Source: Rhodospirillaceae bacterium
GTDB taxonomy: Bacteria; Pseudomonadota; Alphaproteobacteria; TMED109
Direction: 5' to 3'
NCBI GenBank assembly: GCA_902527765.1
Contig: CABZPW010000001.1
Location: forward strand, 2,511-66,510
Length of the DNA stretch: 64,000 nucleotides
The notes beneath the pieces are model-generated. The model ran no database searches and was not told the DNA's origin. It saw only the letters and a list, made by a program, of their open reading frames with translations. The position numbers and the translations under genes are program-made. Positions 9,971 through 20,334 of the stretch are shown piece by piece. The number at the start of each line of letters is the position of its first letter. The stretch's first letter is position 1.

Positions 9971-10471
9971 ATGGAAAAACTAAAAAGAAATACTCTTAAA
10001 AAGCTTTTAGTTCTGTTGGTCTCTTCAATAGTAAAAGTTAGTTACTCTAATGGTAACCCATACAGAGATAGATTCCAGTCTTATAGACAAACTTTTAGAA
10101 TAGAACCAAACCCTATAGAAACAGAAAGAATTATAAATAATATTATAGGTGAAAAAAAAATAACAAAGAATTTAGTAGATCTTCAAGTTCCTGATACAGT
10201 TGAAGATGGCAACGTAGTACCTCTTACATTTAAGATTAATTGTTCAATGAAAAAAGATGATTATCCCAAAAAAGTTCATGTTTTAGCTTTAGACAACCCT
10301 TTCCCTGAGGTAGCAATTTATGAATTTTTTCCTGAGAATGGGAATGCAGAGGTTTCATTTAGGTGCAGAATGAGAACAAGTTCTTTTATTATGATTATTG
10401 CTGAAATGAATGATGGAAGAATAGGCAAAGAAAAAAAATACGTTGATGTTATGTTGGGAGCATGTTCTTAA
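9971..10471 (+). CDS. soxY: SoxY-family sulfur carrier with non-canonical C-terminus (VMLGACS)
   Basis: PDTVEDGNVVP, NPFPEVA, SFRCRMR; C-terminal Cys retained; degenerate Tat-like KRNTLK. Confidence 0.85.
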   Translation: MEKLKRNTLKKLLVLLVSSIVKVSYSNGNPYRDRFQSYRQTFRIEPNPIETERIINNIIGEKKITKNLVDLQVPDTVEDGNVVPLTFKINCSMKKDDYPKKVHVLALDNPFPEVAIYEFFPENGNAEVSFRCRMRTSSFIMIIAEMNDGRIGKEKKYVDVMLGACS

Positions 10472-10473
10472 TA

Positions 10474-10842
10474 ATGGAAAAGTTAAGGAGATTAAAATAC
10501 AAAAAAATTGTAAAAGTTGGAGAGAATGTAAAAATTAAGACTTTGGCTGAACATGAGATGGAAACAGGTGTTAGAAGAGATAATATAACAGGTATTATTT
10601 ATCCTAGGCTAATAATTCAATCTGTTATTGCAAAATATAATGGAAAAATAGTATTTAAAGCTAATTGGTTTTCAGGAGTATCAGCTAACCCATATCTAGC
10701 ATTTTATATTACTGCTAAAGAGTCAGGGCTAATTGAGATTGAATGGAAAGATGACCATGCAACAACTTCTTATAAGAGAGGATATTTAAAAGTAATCAAT
10801 GAAAAAGGCAACGAAGTTTTACCAGTTAAACATGATTTATAA
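10474..10842 (+). CDS. soxZ: SoxZ sulfur carrier partner
   Basis: IKTLAEHEMETGVRRD, GVSANPYLAF, WKDD; start moved from 10462 to in-frame ATG 10474 just after soxY stop. Confidence 0.9.
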   Translation: MEKLRRLKYKKIVKVGENVKIKTLAEHEMETGVRRDNITGIIYPRLIIQSVIAKYNGKIVFKANWFSGVSANPYLAFYITAKESGLIEIEWKDDHATTSYKRGYLKVINEKGNEVLPVKHDL

Positions 10843-11608
10843 TACAAACCTACTTAATTTTTTTTTTGTTTGTATAATCTCGTTAATATTTTTAAAAAAG
10901 TATTGCTTGGCAGAGGATTTAATATCAGGATATCATTTTTCTGAACCTTCAACGCAAAAAATACAGGATGATGATTTTTTGAACCCAGGATTTATTTGGG
11001 TAGAAAATGGAGAGTTTTTATGGAATAAGAAGGAACAAACCTCTCAACTATCATGTAAATCTTGTCATGGTGCATCATCAGAAATGACAGGTGTCGCTCT
11101 TAAATATCCCAAAATAACTAAAAAAGGTGATTTAATAAATTTAGAACAGCAAATAAATATTTGTAGAAATGAAAATATGGGCGCTGGAACATACGAGCCT
11201 GAAAGTAAAAATTTGTTAGCTTTATCGGTATTGCTGTATTATCAGTCTAGAGGACTTAAGCAAGACATAAAAATTAATGAAAAGAATAAAGAATACTTTA
11301 ATCTTGGTAAGAAACTATATTTCAAAAAAATAGGACAAATGGGTTTGTCTTGTAATCAATGTCATGATGAAAGAGTAGGACAAAACCTAAGAGCTGAAAA
11401 AGTAAGTCAAGGCCACATCAATGGTTTTCCTTCATATTTACTAAGGTGGTCTAAAATAGCTTCCGTACATAAAAGAATTCAATTCTGTAACGAACAAGCA
11501 CGAGCTATTCCTTTTAAAATTTTTTCAAAAGAGTATAATGCTTTACAACTTTATATGACTTGGAGAGGTCGGGGTCTAAAAATAGAAACACCAGCAGTTA
11601 GGAAATAA
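10832..11608 (+). CDS. soxA: Diheme SoxA cytochrome c
   Basis: QDDDFLNPG, CKSCH and CNQCH heme motifs, LEQQINICR, RIQFCNEQARA active-site Cys, ETPAVR; likely start is in-frame ATG 10832 (track gives 10799). Confidence 0.93.
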   Translation: MIYNTNLLNFFFVCIISLIFLKKYCLAEDLISGYHFSEPSTQKIQDDDFLNPGFIWVENGEFLWNKKEQTSQLSCKSCHGASSEMTGVALKYPKITKKGDLINLEQQINICRNENMGAGTYEPESKNLLALSVLLYYQSRGLKQDIKINEKNKEYFNLGKKLYFKKIGQMGLSCNQCHDERVGQNLRAEKVSQGHINGFPSYLLRWSKIASVHKRIQFCNEQARAIPFKIFSKEYNALQLYMTWRGRGLKIETPAVRK

Positions 11609-11609
11609 T

Positions 11610-12977
11610 ATGAATATAATTAAAGATAGCCTTGATTTAATAGGTAACACTCCTCTTCTTTTAGTTAAAGACTTAGATACTGGGCCGTGCAATTTATATT
11701 TAAAATTAGAATCTTTTAATTTAGGAGGGTCAATTAAAGATAGGCCAGCAAAAAATATGATAATTGAGGCTGAAAAGAAAGGTCTTCTCAGAAAAGGAGG
11801 TACAATAGTTGAAGCAACTGCAGGTAATACAGGGATTGCTCTTGCTATAATGGCAGTAAAGAGAGGCTATAAAGTGGTCATAATAGTTCCAGATAAAATG
11901 ACTATAGAAAAAGTTTACCATCTAAAAGCATTGGGAGCTGAGGTAATAGTTGCTAGATCTGATGTTGTAAATGGTCATCCAGAATATTATTTAGAAATAG
12001 CAAAAAAAATTGCCAAAGAAAGAAAAGCTTTTTATATCAATCAATTTTCAAACCAAGCTAATATTAAATCACATATAAAAGATTTAGGACCTGAAATTTA
12101 TAAACAACTTAATGGAAAAATTCATGCTTTTGTAGCAGGTGTAGGTACGGGAGGAACAATCTCTGGTATAGGAAAGTTTCTTAAGTCAAAAAATAAAAAA
12201 TGTGAATTAGTTTTAGCGGATCCAAAAGGTTCAATTTTAAAAGATTTAATTAAAACTGGTAAAATCAATAAAAACGTTGGTTCATGGATTGTTGAAGGAA
12301 TAGGCGAAGACTTTTGTCCTCCTTTACTAGACACAAGTTTGATAGATCACGCTTATTCTATAAGTGATTTTGAAGCTATAGATAGTTGTAGAAAACTGCT
12401 GCAAAATGAAGGTATTTTAGCAGGGTCCTCTTCAGGTACGTTACTTGCAACAGCTTTAAAGTTTTGCAAAGCTCAAAAAGTTAAAAAAAATGTTGTTACT
12501 TTAATTTGTGATGCTGGAGATAAATATTTAAGGAAAATTTATAATGAGAGTTGGAGAGTCAAGGAGGGTTTTAATTTCAAAAAAAAAAACAACAATCTTT
12601 TAGATATTGTATCTAATATAAACAATAACAGATCTATACCTATAATAAATATAAATAGTTTGTGTTCCTTGGCTTTTAAATTAATGCATGAAAATTCAAT
12701 TAACTTCTTGTTGGTTGAAAATAATGATAAAAAAATAATGGGCATAATTACTGAAAGTTCACTATTAGAAGTTGTAAGTAGAACTTCATTTAAAGAGACA
12801 GTCAAAAATAATATTACTAAAGTAAAAAAAATTGATTATCAATTTGATTTAAAAAAAATAGTTAAATTGATTATGAAAGAAAAATATTTGTTTGTTTATA
12901 AAAATAACTTTTTTTATGGGGTAATAAACAAAACAGATATTTTATGGTACCTTAAAAAAAAGGAAAACAATGCTTAA
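11610..12977 (+). CDS. cbs: Cystathionine beta-synthase with C-terminal CBS-domain region
   Basis: IGNTPL, GGSIKDR (PLP Lys), EATAGNTG, GVGTGGT, VEGIGEDF; ~130-aa C-terminal extension. Confidence 0.88.
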   Translation: MNIIKDSLDLIGNTPLLLVKDLDTGPCNLYLKLESFNLGGSIKDRPAKNMIIEAEKKGLLRKGGTIVEATAGNTGIALAIMAVKRGYKVVIIVPDKMTIEKVYHLKALGAEVIVARSDVVNGHPEYYLEIAKKIAKERKAFYINQFSNQANIKSHIKDLGPEIYKQLNGKIHAFVAGVGTGGTISGIGKFLKSKNKKCELVLADPKGSILKDLIKTGKINKNVGSWIVEGIGEDFCPPLLDTSLIDHAYSISDFEAIDSCRKLLQNEGILAGSSSGTLLATALKFCKAQKVKKNVVTLICDAGDKYLRKIYNESWRVKEGFNFKKKNNNLLDIVSNINNNRSIPIININSLCSLAFKLMHENSINFLLVENNDKKIMGIITESSLLEVVSRTSFKETVKNNITKVKKIDYQFDLKKIVKLIMKEKYLFVYKNNFFYGVINKTDILWYLKKKENNA

Positions 12978-14133
12978 AAATTCAAAAAAAAAGGGTTTGT
13001 CTACTAGGGCAATTCATGCTGGCCAAGAGCCAGATAAATCTACCGGAGCTATAATGGTTCCTATATATGCGACGTCAACTTACATACAAAAAAGTCCTGG
13101 TGAACATTTAGGCTTTGAATATTCAAGAACCCAAAACCCTACTAGAACAGCTTATGAAAAATGTGTTGCTGATTTAGAAAGTGGAAAATTTGGTTTTGCT
13201 TTTGCTTCAGGAATGGCTGCAGCAGATACAATATTATCTCTGCTAAATGTAGGAGATGAAGTTTTAGCTATTGATGATCTATATGGTGGAACTAGAAGGT
13301 TATTTGAAAAAGTGAGAATGCGCAAAAGTGGTATTACTTTCAAATTTATAAATTACAGAGATTTTGAAAATATAAATAACTATATAACAAAAAATACTAA
13401 AATGATTTGGGTTGAAACACCTACTAATCCAATGTTAACTCTAGTAGATTTAAAACAATTGGGTAATATAAAAGGAGACATTATAAAGGTTGTTGATAAT
13501 ACTTTTGCGAGTCCAATTAATCAAAGACCTTTAGAGTTTAATATTGATATTGTAATGCATTCAGCGACAAAATACCTAAATGGCCATTCTGATATGATAG
13601 GAGGGGTTGCTATAACAAATAGTGAAAAAATAGCAGAAGAAATTGGTTTTTTGCAGAATTCTGTTGGAGCTATTCAAGGGCCTTTTGATGCTTTTTTAGC
13701 ATTGCGAGGACTCAAAACCTTACCTATTAGAGTAAAACAACATAATTTCAATGGTTTGAAAATAGCTGAATTTTTGGAATCTTCGCCTTTTGTAGAAAAA
13801 GTAATATACCCAGGTTTAGATAGTTTTGCTCAATTTCATCTAGCTAAGTCGCAAATGGATGGATTCGGAGGAATAGTTTCTTTTTACTTAAAAGGCAACC
13901 TGAAAAATACAAAGCGCTTTTTAGAAAATTGTGAAATATTTTCTTTGGCTGAATCTCTTGGAGGAGTAGAAAGTTTAATAGAACATCCAGCAATAATGAC
14001 CCATGGGTCTATTAATCCACAAAAAAGAAAAGAACTTGGTATATTGGACAACTTTGTAAGAATTTCTGTTGGTATTGAAGATATTGATGATTTAATTTTT
14101 GATTTAAATAGTGCTTTCAAAGGTATGGAGTAG
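12970..14133 (+). CDS. Cystathionine gamma-lyase/synthase
   Basis: EYSRTQNPTR, WVETPTNP, DNTFASP, HSATKYLNGHSD, LAESLGGVESL; paired with cbs. Confidence 0.93.
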   Translation: MLKNSKKKGLSTRAIHAGQEPDKSTGAIMVPIYATSTYIQKSPGEHLGFEYSRTQNPTRTAYEKCVADLESGKFGFAFASGMAAADTILSLLNVGDEVLAIDDLYGGTRRLFEKVRMRKSGITFKFINYRDFENINNYITKNTKMIWVETPTNPMLTLVDLKQLGNIKGDIIKVVDNTFASPINQRPLEFNIDIVMHSATKYLNGHSDMIGGVAITNSEKIAEEIGFLQNSVGAIQGPFDAFLALRGLKTLPIRVKQHNFNGLKIAEFLESSPFVEKVIYPGLDSFAQFHLAKSQMDGFGGIVSFYLKGNLKNTKRFLENCEIFSLAESLGGVESLIEHPAIMTHGSINPQKRKELGILDNFVRISVGIEDIDDLIFDLNSAFKGME

Positions 14134-14136
14134 TAA

Positions 14137-14664
14137 TTGAAAAATCTATTTCTATTAAGACACTGTGAAGCATATCATTTTGAAGAAAATAAAAGCGATC
14201 ATGAAAAACAGCTAAATGATAATGGAAGAAAATGTGCAAGGCTTTTAAAAAATTGGTTTGAAAAAAATAATATTGTTTTAGACTACATCTTAACTTCTTC
14301 AGCTAATAGAACATTGACTACTGCAAATATTATATTTAGCAACTATGAAAATAAAATTTATCAAAAAAAGGAACTTTACTTATGCGATTACAAAGAAATT
14401 TTAAAAGAATTAAAAATATTAGATAATAATTTAAATTCAGTAATTATAGTGGGACATGAGCCTAGTATTTCAGAAAGTTTAAAATTTCTTATCTCTTATT
14501 GCAGACCTGACTTAGAGCATGTTACTAAATCATTGTATCCAACGGGTGGTTTGTCTGTAATAAACTTTAATATCACAAACTGGAACAAAATAGATGAAAA
14601 AACAGGCATTTTAGATGCCTTTATAACACCACAATATTTAGAAGAATATGAAAAAAATAATTAA
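14137..14664 (+). CDS. sixA: SixA-type phosphohistidine phosphatase
   Basis: LFLLRH, DHEKQL...G, SSANRT.TT, VGHEP; TTG start. Confidence 0.85.
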   Translation: MKNLFLLRHCEAYHFEENKSDHEKQLNDNGRKCARLLKNWFEKNNIVLDYILTSSANRTLTTANIIFSNYENKIYQKKELYLCDYKEILKELKILDNNLNSVIIVGHEPSISESLKFLISYCRPDLEHVTKSLYPTGGLSVINFNITNWNKIDEKTGILDAFITPQYLEEYEKNN

Positions 14665-15583
14665 TATTTATTTAGCATCACCTAGAGGATTTTGTGCTGG
14701 TGTTAAAAGAGCAATTGAGATTGTTGAATTAGCTTTACAAAAGTACGGACCTCCTATTTATGTTAGACATGAGATAGTCCATAACAAACGAGTAGTACAA
14801 GAACTTAGTAAAAAAGGAGCAGTTTTTGTAGAGGAGTTAGAGGAAATACCTCTAGGGTCAAGAGTAATTTTTAGTGCTCATGGAGTTTCAAAAAAGATAA
14901 AAAAAGTTGCTAAAGATTATAAACATTTAACTTTAGATGCTACTTGTCCTTTAGTAAGCAAAGTTCATAAACAAACAGAAAAATATTTTAACAAGGATTA
15001 TAAAATTATTCTTATTGGACATAAGGGACATCCAGAAGTGGTTGGTATTCAAGGGCAAATATCTCAGGAATTAATATTGATCCAAAATGAAGAAGAAGCC
15101 AATAAACTTCAACTAGACAAAAAAGATAAAGTTGCATACGTGACACAAACGACTCTATCTTTAGATGATACTAAAAATATTATAGAAATACTAAAAAGAA
15201 AAAACCCTGATATTGAAGGACCTGAGTTAAATGATATCTGCTATGCCACTCAGAATAGGCAAGAGGCTGTAAATGAACTTGCAAATAAATGTGATTTAGT
15301 ACTAGTAATTGGTTCAGAAAATTCTTCAAATACGCAACGCCTAGCAGAAATAGTAAAAAAAAAACAGGTTGTTGTTTATAGAATTGCAAATGCTAATGAA
15401 ATTAAAAAAAAATGGTTGGATAAAGTACAAAATATTGGTATTACTGCAGGTGCATCATCACCTGAAGTATTAATTAAAGAAACGCTAGATTTTTTAAAAG
15501 GTTATTTTGAAGATGTAAAGATTACCACTATGCAGGGAGTTGAAGAAAAAACTGTATTTAAACCTTTGTTAAACTTTTCTTAA
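14648..15583 (+). CDS. ispH: 4-hydroxy-3-methylbut-2-enyl diphosphate reductase
   Basis: [36 protein letters not shown]. Confidence 0.97.
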   Translation: MKKIINIYLASPRGFCAGVKRAIEIVELALQKYGPPIYVRHEIVHNKRVVQELSKKGAVFVEELEEIPLGSRVIFSAHGVSKKIKKVAKDYKHLTLDATCPLVSKVHKQTEKYFNKDYKIILIGHKGHPEVVGIQGQISQELILIQNEEEANKLQLDKKDKVAYVTQTTLSLDDTKNIIEILKRKNPDIEGPELNDICYATQNRQEAVNELANKCDLVLVIGSENSSNTQRLAEIVKKKQVVVYRIANANEIKKKWLDKVQNIGITAGASSPEVLIKETLDFLKGYFEDVKITTMQGVEEKTVFKPLLNFS

Positions 15584-17480
15584 TATTTAATTTTTTTAAT
15601 ATTCTAGTCACTATATTTTCACTATTCATATTTGCAATTGAGTACATATTATAAGGAGTATCTTGATCAATAAATTTATCGGGTAAACAAATACAATCAA
15701 TTAAAGTATTCTGCAACAAAGTATTATGCTCATTTATTAAAAAATTTGAAACATGGCTACCAAAACCACCTATCGAGCCTTCCTCTATTGTAATTAATAA
15801 TTTGTGATTTTTACATAATTCTAATATTAATTTTTTATCTAAAGGTTTACAGAATCTAGCATCAGCTATAGTGGTAGACATTTTATAACTTTCTAGTTTT
15901 TTTGCAGCTAGTTTTACTTCTTGTAATCTAGCACCGTAAGAAATTATAGCAATATCATTTCCTTCTTGAATTATTTTTCCTTTCCCTATAATAAGTTTTT
16001 TTACTGGGTAATTAATTTTTAGACCTAGACCTGAACCTCTAGGGTATCTAAATGCAGAAGGTGCATGATTTATGTCAGCACATGTATGAATCATTCTAGC
16101 TAACTCTAAATCATCAGATGCTGCCATAGTTATAAAATTTGGAAGGTTTGATAGGAATGCTATATCAAATGATCCTGCATGAGTTGCTCCATCTGCTCCA
16201 ACTAAACCTGCTCTATCTATTGCAAATCTAACAGGTAAGTTTTGAATAGCTACATCATGAACTACTTGATCATATGCTCTTTGCAAAAAAGTAGAATAAA
16301 TTGTTGCAAAAGGTTTCATACCTTCACATGCTAAACCTGCAGCAAAAGTAACAGCATGTTGTTCTGCTATTCCAACATCAAATGTTCTAGAGGGAAATTT
16401 TTTCATAAATAAATCAAGCCCTGTACCAGAAGGCATAGCTGCAGTAATAGCACAAATCTTTTTATCAGTTTTTGCTAATTCAATTAGGTTTTCAGCGAAT
16501 ATTTTTGTGTAGGACTTATTGCTCTCTGATTTATTTTGTTTTCCTGTCAAAACATTAAACTTTCCAACACCGTGGAACTTATCATCTGATTTCTCGGCAG
16601 GTATATAGCCATTTCCTTTTTTAGTTACTACGTGAATAAGCACAGGCCCTTTTTGGGAGTGGTCTCTAGCATTTTTTAAAATTGGTAATAAATGATTTAA
16701 GTTATGACCATCAATAGGTCCAATATAGTAAAAACCAAGTTCCTCAAATAATGTTCCGCCAGTAAAAAAACCTCTAGCATATTCTTCAGCTTTTTTTGCT
16801 GTATTTGCTATTTTTTTTGGAAATTTTTTTGCAAGTTGACTTGCAACATTTCTTAACCCTCTATATGGTCCAGAAGATATTAATTTAGATAAATATGCAC
16901 TCATGGCACCGACAGGAGGCGCTATTGACATGTCATTATCGTTTAATATTACTATTAGAGGGTACTTCATAGCGCCTGCATTATTTAATGCCTCATAAGC
17001 CATACCGGCTGTCATCGCACCATCACCTATAACGGCTACAACTTTTTTATTTTTTTTTCTGATTTCAGAACCTACCAATATTCCAAGAGCAGCGGAAATT
17101 GAGGTTGATGCATGAGCAGCACCAAATGGATCATATATACTTTCATCTCTCTTTGTAAAACCAGACAAACCTTTTCCTTGTCTTAAAGTATGCATCCTAT
17201 TTTTTCTTTTAGTTAAAATTTTATGAGGATAAGTTTGATGGCCTACATCCCAAATTATTTGATCTTTTGGAGTATTAAAAATGTAATGCAAGCCTACAGT
17301 TAGTTCTACTACTCCTAATCCAGCACCAAGGTGTCCGCCTGTTTTAGATACTTTATCTATCATAAATGACCGTACCTCTTTACACAAAATTTCTAATTCA
17401 TCGCTAGTTAATTTTTTAATATCTTTGGGGGTATCAATATTATTTAGAAATTTATAATTCTGTTTTGTTGCTTTGCTCAT
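15558..17480 (-). CDS. dxs: 1-deoxy-D-xylulose-5-phosphate synthase
   Basis: [43 protein letters not shown]. Confidence 0.97.
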   Translation of the reverse strand: MSKATKQNYKFLNNIDTPKDIKKLTSDELEILCKEVRSFMIDKVSKTGGHLGAGLGVVELTVGLHYIFNTPKDQIIWDVGHQTYPHKILTKRKNRMHTLRQGKGLSGFTKRDESIYDPFGAAHASTSISAALGILVGSEIRKKNKKVVAVIGDGAMTAGMAYEALNNAGAMKYPLIVILNDNDMSIAPPVGAMSAYLSKLISSGPYRGLRNVASQLAKKFPKKIANTAKKAEEYARGFFTGGTLFEELGFYYIGPIDGHNLNHLLPILKNARDHSQKGPVLIHVVTKKGNGYIPAEKSDDKFHGVGKFNVLTGKQNKSESNKSYTKIFAENLIELAKTDKKICAITAAMPSGTGLDLFMKKFPSRTFDVGIAEQHAVTFAAGLACEGMKPFATIYSTFLQRAYDQVVHDVAIQNLPVRFAIDRAGLVGADGATHAGSFDIAFLSNLPNFITMAASDDLELARMIHTCADINHAPSAFRYPRGSGLGLKINYPVKKLIIGKGKIIQEGNDIAIISYGARLQEVKLAAKKLESYKMSTTIADARFCKPLDKKLILELCKNHKLLITIEEGSIGGFGSHVSNFLINEHNTLLQNTLIDCICLPDKFIDQDTPYNMYSIANMNSENIVTRILKKLNIKKSLTKV

Positions 17481-17494
17481 TATTTACACTTAAC

Positions 17495-18238
17495 CTAATT
17501 TAGTTTCACTGCAACTAGTTTTTCATTATTATTTCTAATAAAATTAATTAATATGTGTTTTTTTTTATTATCAAAAACTTCTACTATTTGTTTTCTTAGT
17601 TGAGGAATATTATATATTTCTGTCATCTCTACTTCTGTAATTAGGTCTCCTACCAAGAAAGTATTAGATTTATTTACTTCTACTACAATCAAACCACTAG
17701 TATAATTTTTTATTTTATAACGTTGAGCATAATCTGAATTTAGTTTTTTCAAATATACCCCAAACTCTTTTAAATAGAGTTCATTGTTATCAGAGTTAAA
17801 AAAAGAAGAGTCTTTTATAATGTTTGTATTAATTAGATGGTTACCACTTAAATCTTCTTTTATTTTTAACAGGTTTTCGCATTGGTCTTTATTTTGATTG
17901 ATTTCAATGCAGTTTTTTACATGTATTTTTAGATTCTTTATAGCTTTACATTCTTCTCTATTTTCAAAATTAATAGGTACATTGGTTACAAAAGGTTGGT
18001 TTTTATTTAATTTTGTAAATATTATATTTGATCTACCTAATAATTTTTCATTAATATCTGTTGAAAAAATATTTAGATGTAATTCTTTTATATTTAATTC
18101 TGTTTCATCTTTTATAAAAACGCTTACAAAACAATCTTGACCAACTTTTGCAATTCCTGATATTTCAAAAATAATATTTTTAGCATAAATAGCTTTAGCA
18201 AAAGTAAAAAAAATAAAAATTAAAAAATAAGGCTTCAT
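17495..18238 (-). CDS. Exported hypothetical protein with C-terminal PDZ-like domain
   Basis: Signal peptide; four-Cys beta-rich N-domain; C-terminal FGV.L..L...GLIVVEV...LVGDLITEV resembling DegP PDZ2. Confidence 0.65.
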   Translation of the reverse strand: MKPYFLIFIFFTFAKAIYAKNIIFEISGIAKVGQDCFVSVFIKDETELNIKELHLNIFSTDINEKLLGRSNIIFTKLNKNQPFVTNVPINFENREECKAIKNLKIHVKNCIEINQNKDQCENLLKIKEDLSGNHLINTNIIKDSSFFNSDNNELYLKEFGVYLKKLNSDYAQRYKIKNYTSGLIVVEVNKSNTFLVGDLITEVEMTEIYNIPQLRKQIVEVFDNKKKHILINFIRNNNEKLVAVKLN

Positions 18239-18882
18239 GCGTTAGTTTTGATTGCCTGTTCTAACATGAACATTCTGTCTTGCCCAAAAAATAATTCATT
18301 TTTAAATAAAAAAGTAGGAACACCAAATACATTATTATTTTTTGCATCTGAAGTATTTTTTTTTAATAATTCAATAACTTTTTCATCTTTATTATATAAA
18401 TTTTTTGTGCTTTCTTTTAGATCTACTTGTTCACAAATCTTATTAATAACATTCTCATCTGATACATCTAAGTCTTCTACCCAAACAGCTTCACAGAGAT
18501 TTTTTGTAAGAGCAAAAGTCTTTTCTAAGTCATTGTCAAATAATAAAGAAGCAATTATCACTTTAGATGATATACTTGGGTCTACAGGGTGAAACTTTGG
18601 TTTTTCATTAATTTTTATATCTAAATAATTTCCCCACCTTTTAATTTCATTAATTCTATTTTTTTGAACAGGAAGAGGTCTCTCTTTTACACCTTTAGTA
18701 CCATATTCTTTAAAGATCGAAAATATATCAATAGGTTTAATATTAATTTCAATATCATATGTTTTTGAAATTGAAATTAATCTATTTAATCCCAAATAAC
18801 ACCATGGAGATATTACAACCATATAAAAATCAATAAATTGCTTCATTTGTTTACCTTTAATTGAAATATATATTGTAATCAT
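18235..18882 (-). CDS. 2-hydroxychromene-2-carboxylate isomerase / kappa-GST (DsbA-like)
   Basis: IDFY...SPWCYLG, VFGVPTF...ELFFGQDR; real start may be the internal MKQF. Confidence 0.9.
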   Translation of the reverse strand: MITIYISIKGKQMKQFIDFYMVVISPWCYLGLNRLISISKTYDIEINIKPIDIFSIFKEYGTKGVKERPLPVQKNRINEIKRWGNYLDIKINEKPKFHPVDPSISSKVIIASLLFDNDLEKTFALTKNLCEAVWVEDLDVSDENVINKICEQVDLKESTKNLYNKDEKVIELLKKNTSDAKNNNVFGVPTFLFKNELFFGQDRMFMLEQAIKTNA

Positions 18883-18906
18883 AATGATAAAAATTAAAAT
18901 ATAAAT

Positions 18907-20334
18907 ATGAAAAATGAATTGTACAAATTATCAGCTGTTGATTTGTTAAGAATGTATAAAACTAGGAAAACCAATCCATTAGAAGTATCTTTGGACATAA
19001 TTAAACAATTAGAAAATAAAAATCCCCAATTTAATGCTTTTGTTTGTTTCGATAAGGAAAAAATTTTACAACAAGCAAAACTATCTTCAGAACGCTGGAG
19101 TTCTGGAAAAGTTAAAGGAATTTTGGATGGAGTGCCAATTAGTATTAAAGACTTATTAGTTACAAAGGATTATCCTACAAGAAGGGGTTCATTTATTGAA
19201 AGCCTGCCAATTACAAGTGATAAAGATGCTCCAGTGGTAAAAAAAATTTTCGAACAAGGGGGTATAGTTTTAGGTAAAACTACAACTCCTGAATTTGGGC
19301 ATAAAGGAACTACACAAAGTAAAAGATATGGAGCCACTTTAAATCCTTGGAATACTAAGCTCAATTCAGGCGGAAGTTCAGGTGGTTCTGCTTCAGCTGT
19401 TGCAGCTGGAATAGGTCCTTTATCGATCGGCACAGATGGTGGAGGTTCTGTTAGAATTCCTTGCAGTTTTTGTGGCCTATTTGGACATAAGCCTACTTTT
19501 GGAAAAGTACCTGCTTATCCTATTTCCCCATTTGGTACAGTAGCAAATATAGGCCCAATAACTAGAACTGTAGCAGATGGAGGACTTTTAATGAATGTTA
19601 TTGCAAAACCAGATAAAGATGATTGGTACTCTCTACCTTACGATAAAGAAACTTATAATGAATTTGATTTAAATGAAGTTAAAAATTTAAAAATTGGTGT
19701 TTTTAAATATTGGGGCATGAAAAATTTTTTTAATCAAATTTCTTTAGAAGATTCAGTTGAAGTTGTTTATGAAAATATTTTAAAAAAACTAAAACAAGAA
19801 GGTTTACAATTAACTTTTGATAGCAAAATAAATTGGCCAAATAATCCAGCAGATATTTTTAAAACTATGTGGTACGTTGGTGCTGCAAATTTATCAAAAA
19901 AAATAGATGATGAAGAATTTTCCAAAATAGATGAAAACTTTCTGCAATTCATTGATGAGGGTAATAAATATTCTGTATTTGATTTTTTAGCTGCCGAAGC
20001 AAAAAGAGCAGAAAATGCAACATACTTGTCTTATTTATTTGAAAAGTTTGATGTTCTAATAGGACCAACAATGCCGGTTTTGCCTTTAGAGTATGATGAT
20101 GTAATTCCTAAAAATTATAAGAGTAAGGATTTATTTAGTTGGACTCCTTTTACCTATCCTTTTAACCTTACAAAACATCCCTCTTCAACAATCAATTGTG
20201 GTTTTTCTAGCTCAGGTTTGCCGGTTGGGATTCAGGTAGTAGCCCCTCACTATCAGGATAAAAGATGTTTTCAAATTTCAGCATATTTGGAAAAAGTATT
20301 TTCTTTAACAAATAAATGGCCAAAAAACATTTAA
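18907..20334 (+). CDS. Amidase signature family protein
   Basis: GVPISIKD, GGSSGGSASAVA, GTDGGGSVRIP. Confidence 0.93.
   Translation: MKNELYKLSAVDLLRMYKTRKTNPLEVSLDIIKQLENKNPQFNAFVCFDKEKILQQAKLSSERWSSGKVKGILDGVPISIKDLLVTKDYPTRRGSFIESLPITSDKDAPVVKKIFEQGGIVLGKTTTPEFGHKGTTQSKRYGATLNPWNTKLNSGGSSGGSASAVAAGIGPLSIGTDGGGSVRIPCSFCGLFGHKPTFGKVPAYPISPFGTVANIGPITRTVADGGLLMNVIAKPDKDDWYSLPYDKETYNEFDLNEVKNLKIGVFKYWGMKNFFNQISLEDSVEVVYENILKKLKQEGLQLTFDSKINWPNNPADIFKTMWYVGAANLSKKIDDEEFSKIDENFLQFIDEGNKYSVFDFLAAEAKRAENATYLSYLFEKFDVLIGPTMPVLPLEYDDVIPKNYKSKDLFSWTPFTYPFNLTKHPSSTINCGFSSSGLPVGIQVVAPHYQDKRCFQISAYLEKVFSLTNKWPKNI

Noticed and set aside
12579-12589. Poly-A/T tracts as phase-variation switches
   Set aside because: Such runs are ubiquitous in this very AT-rich sequence and the frames are intact.
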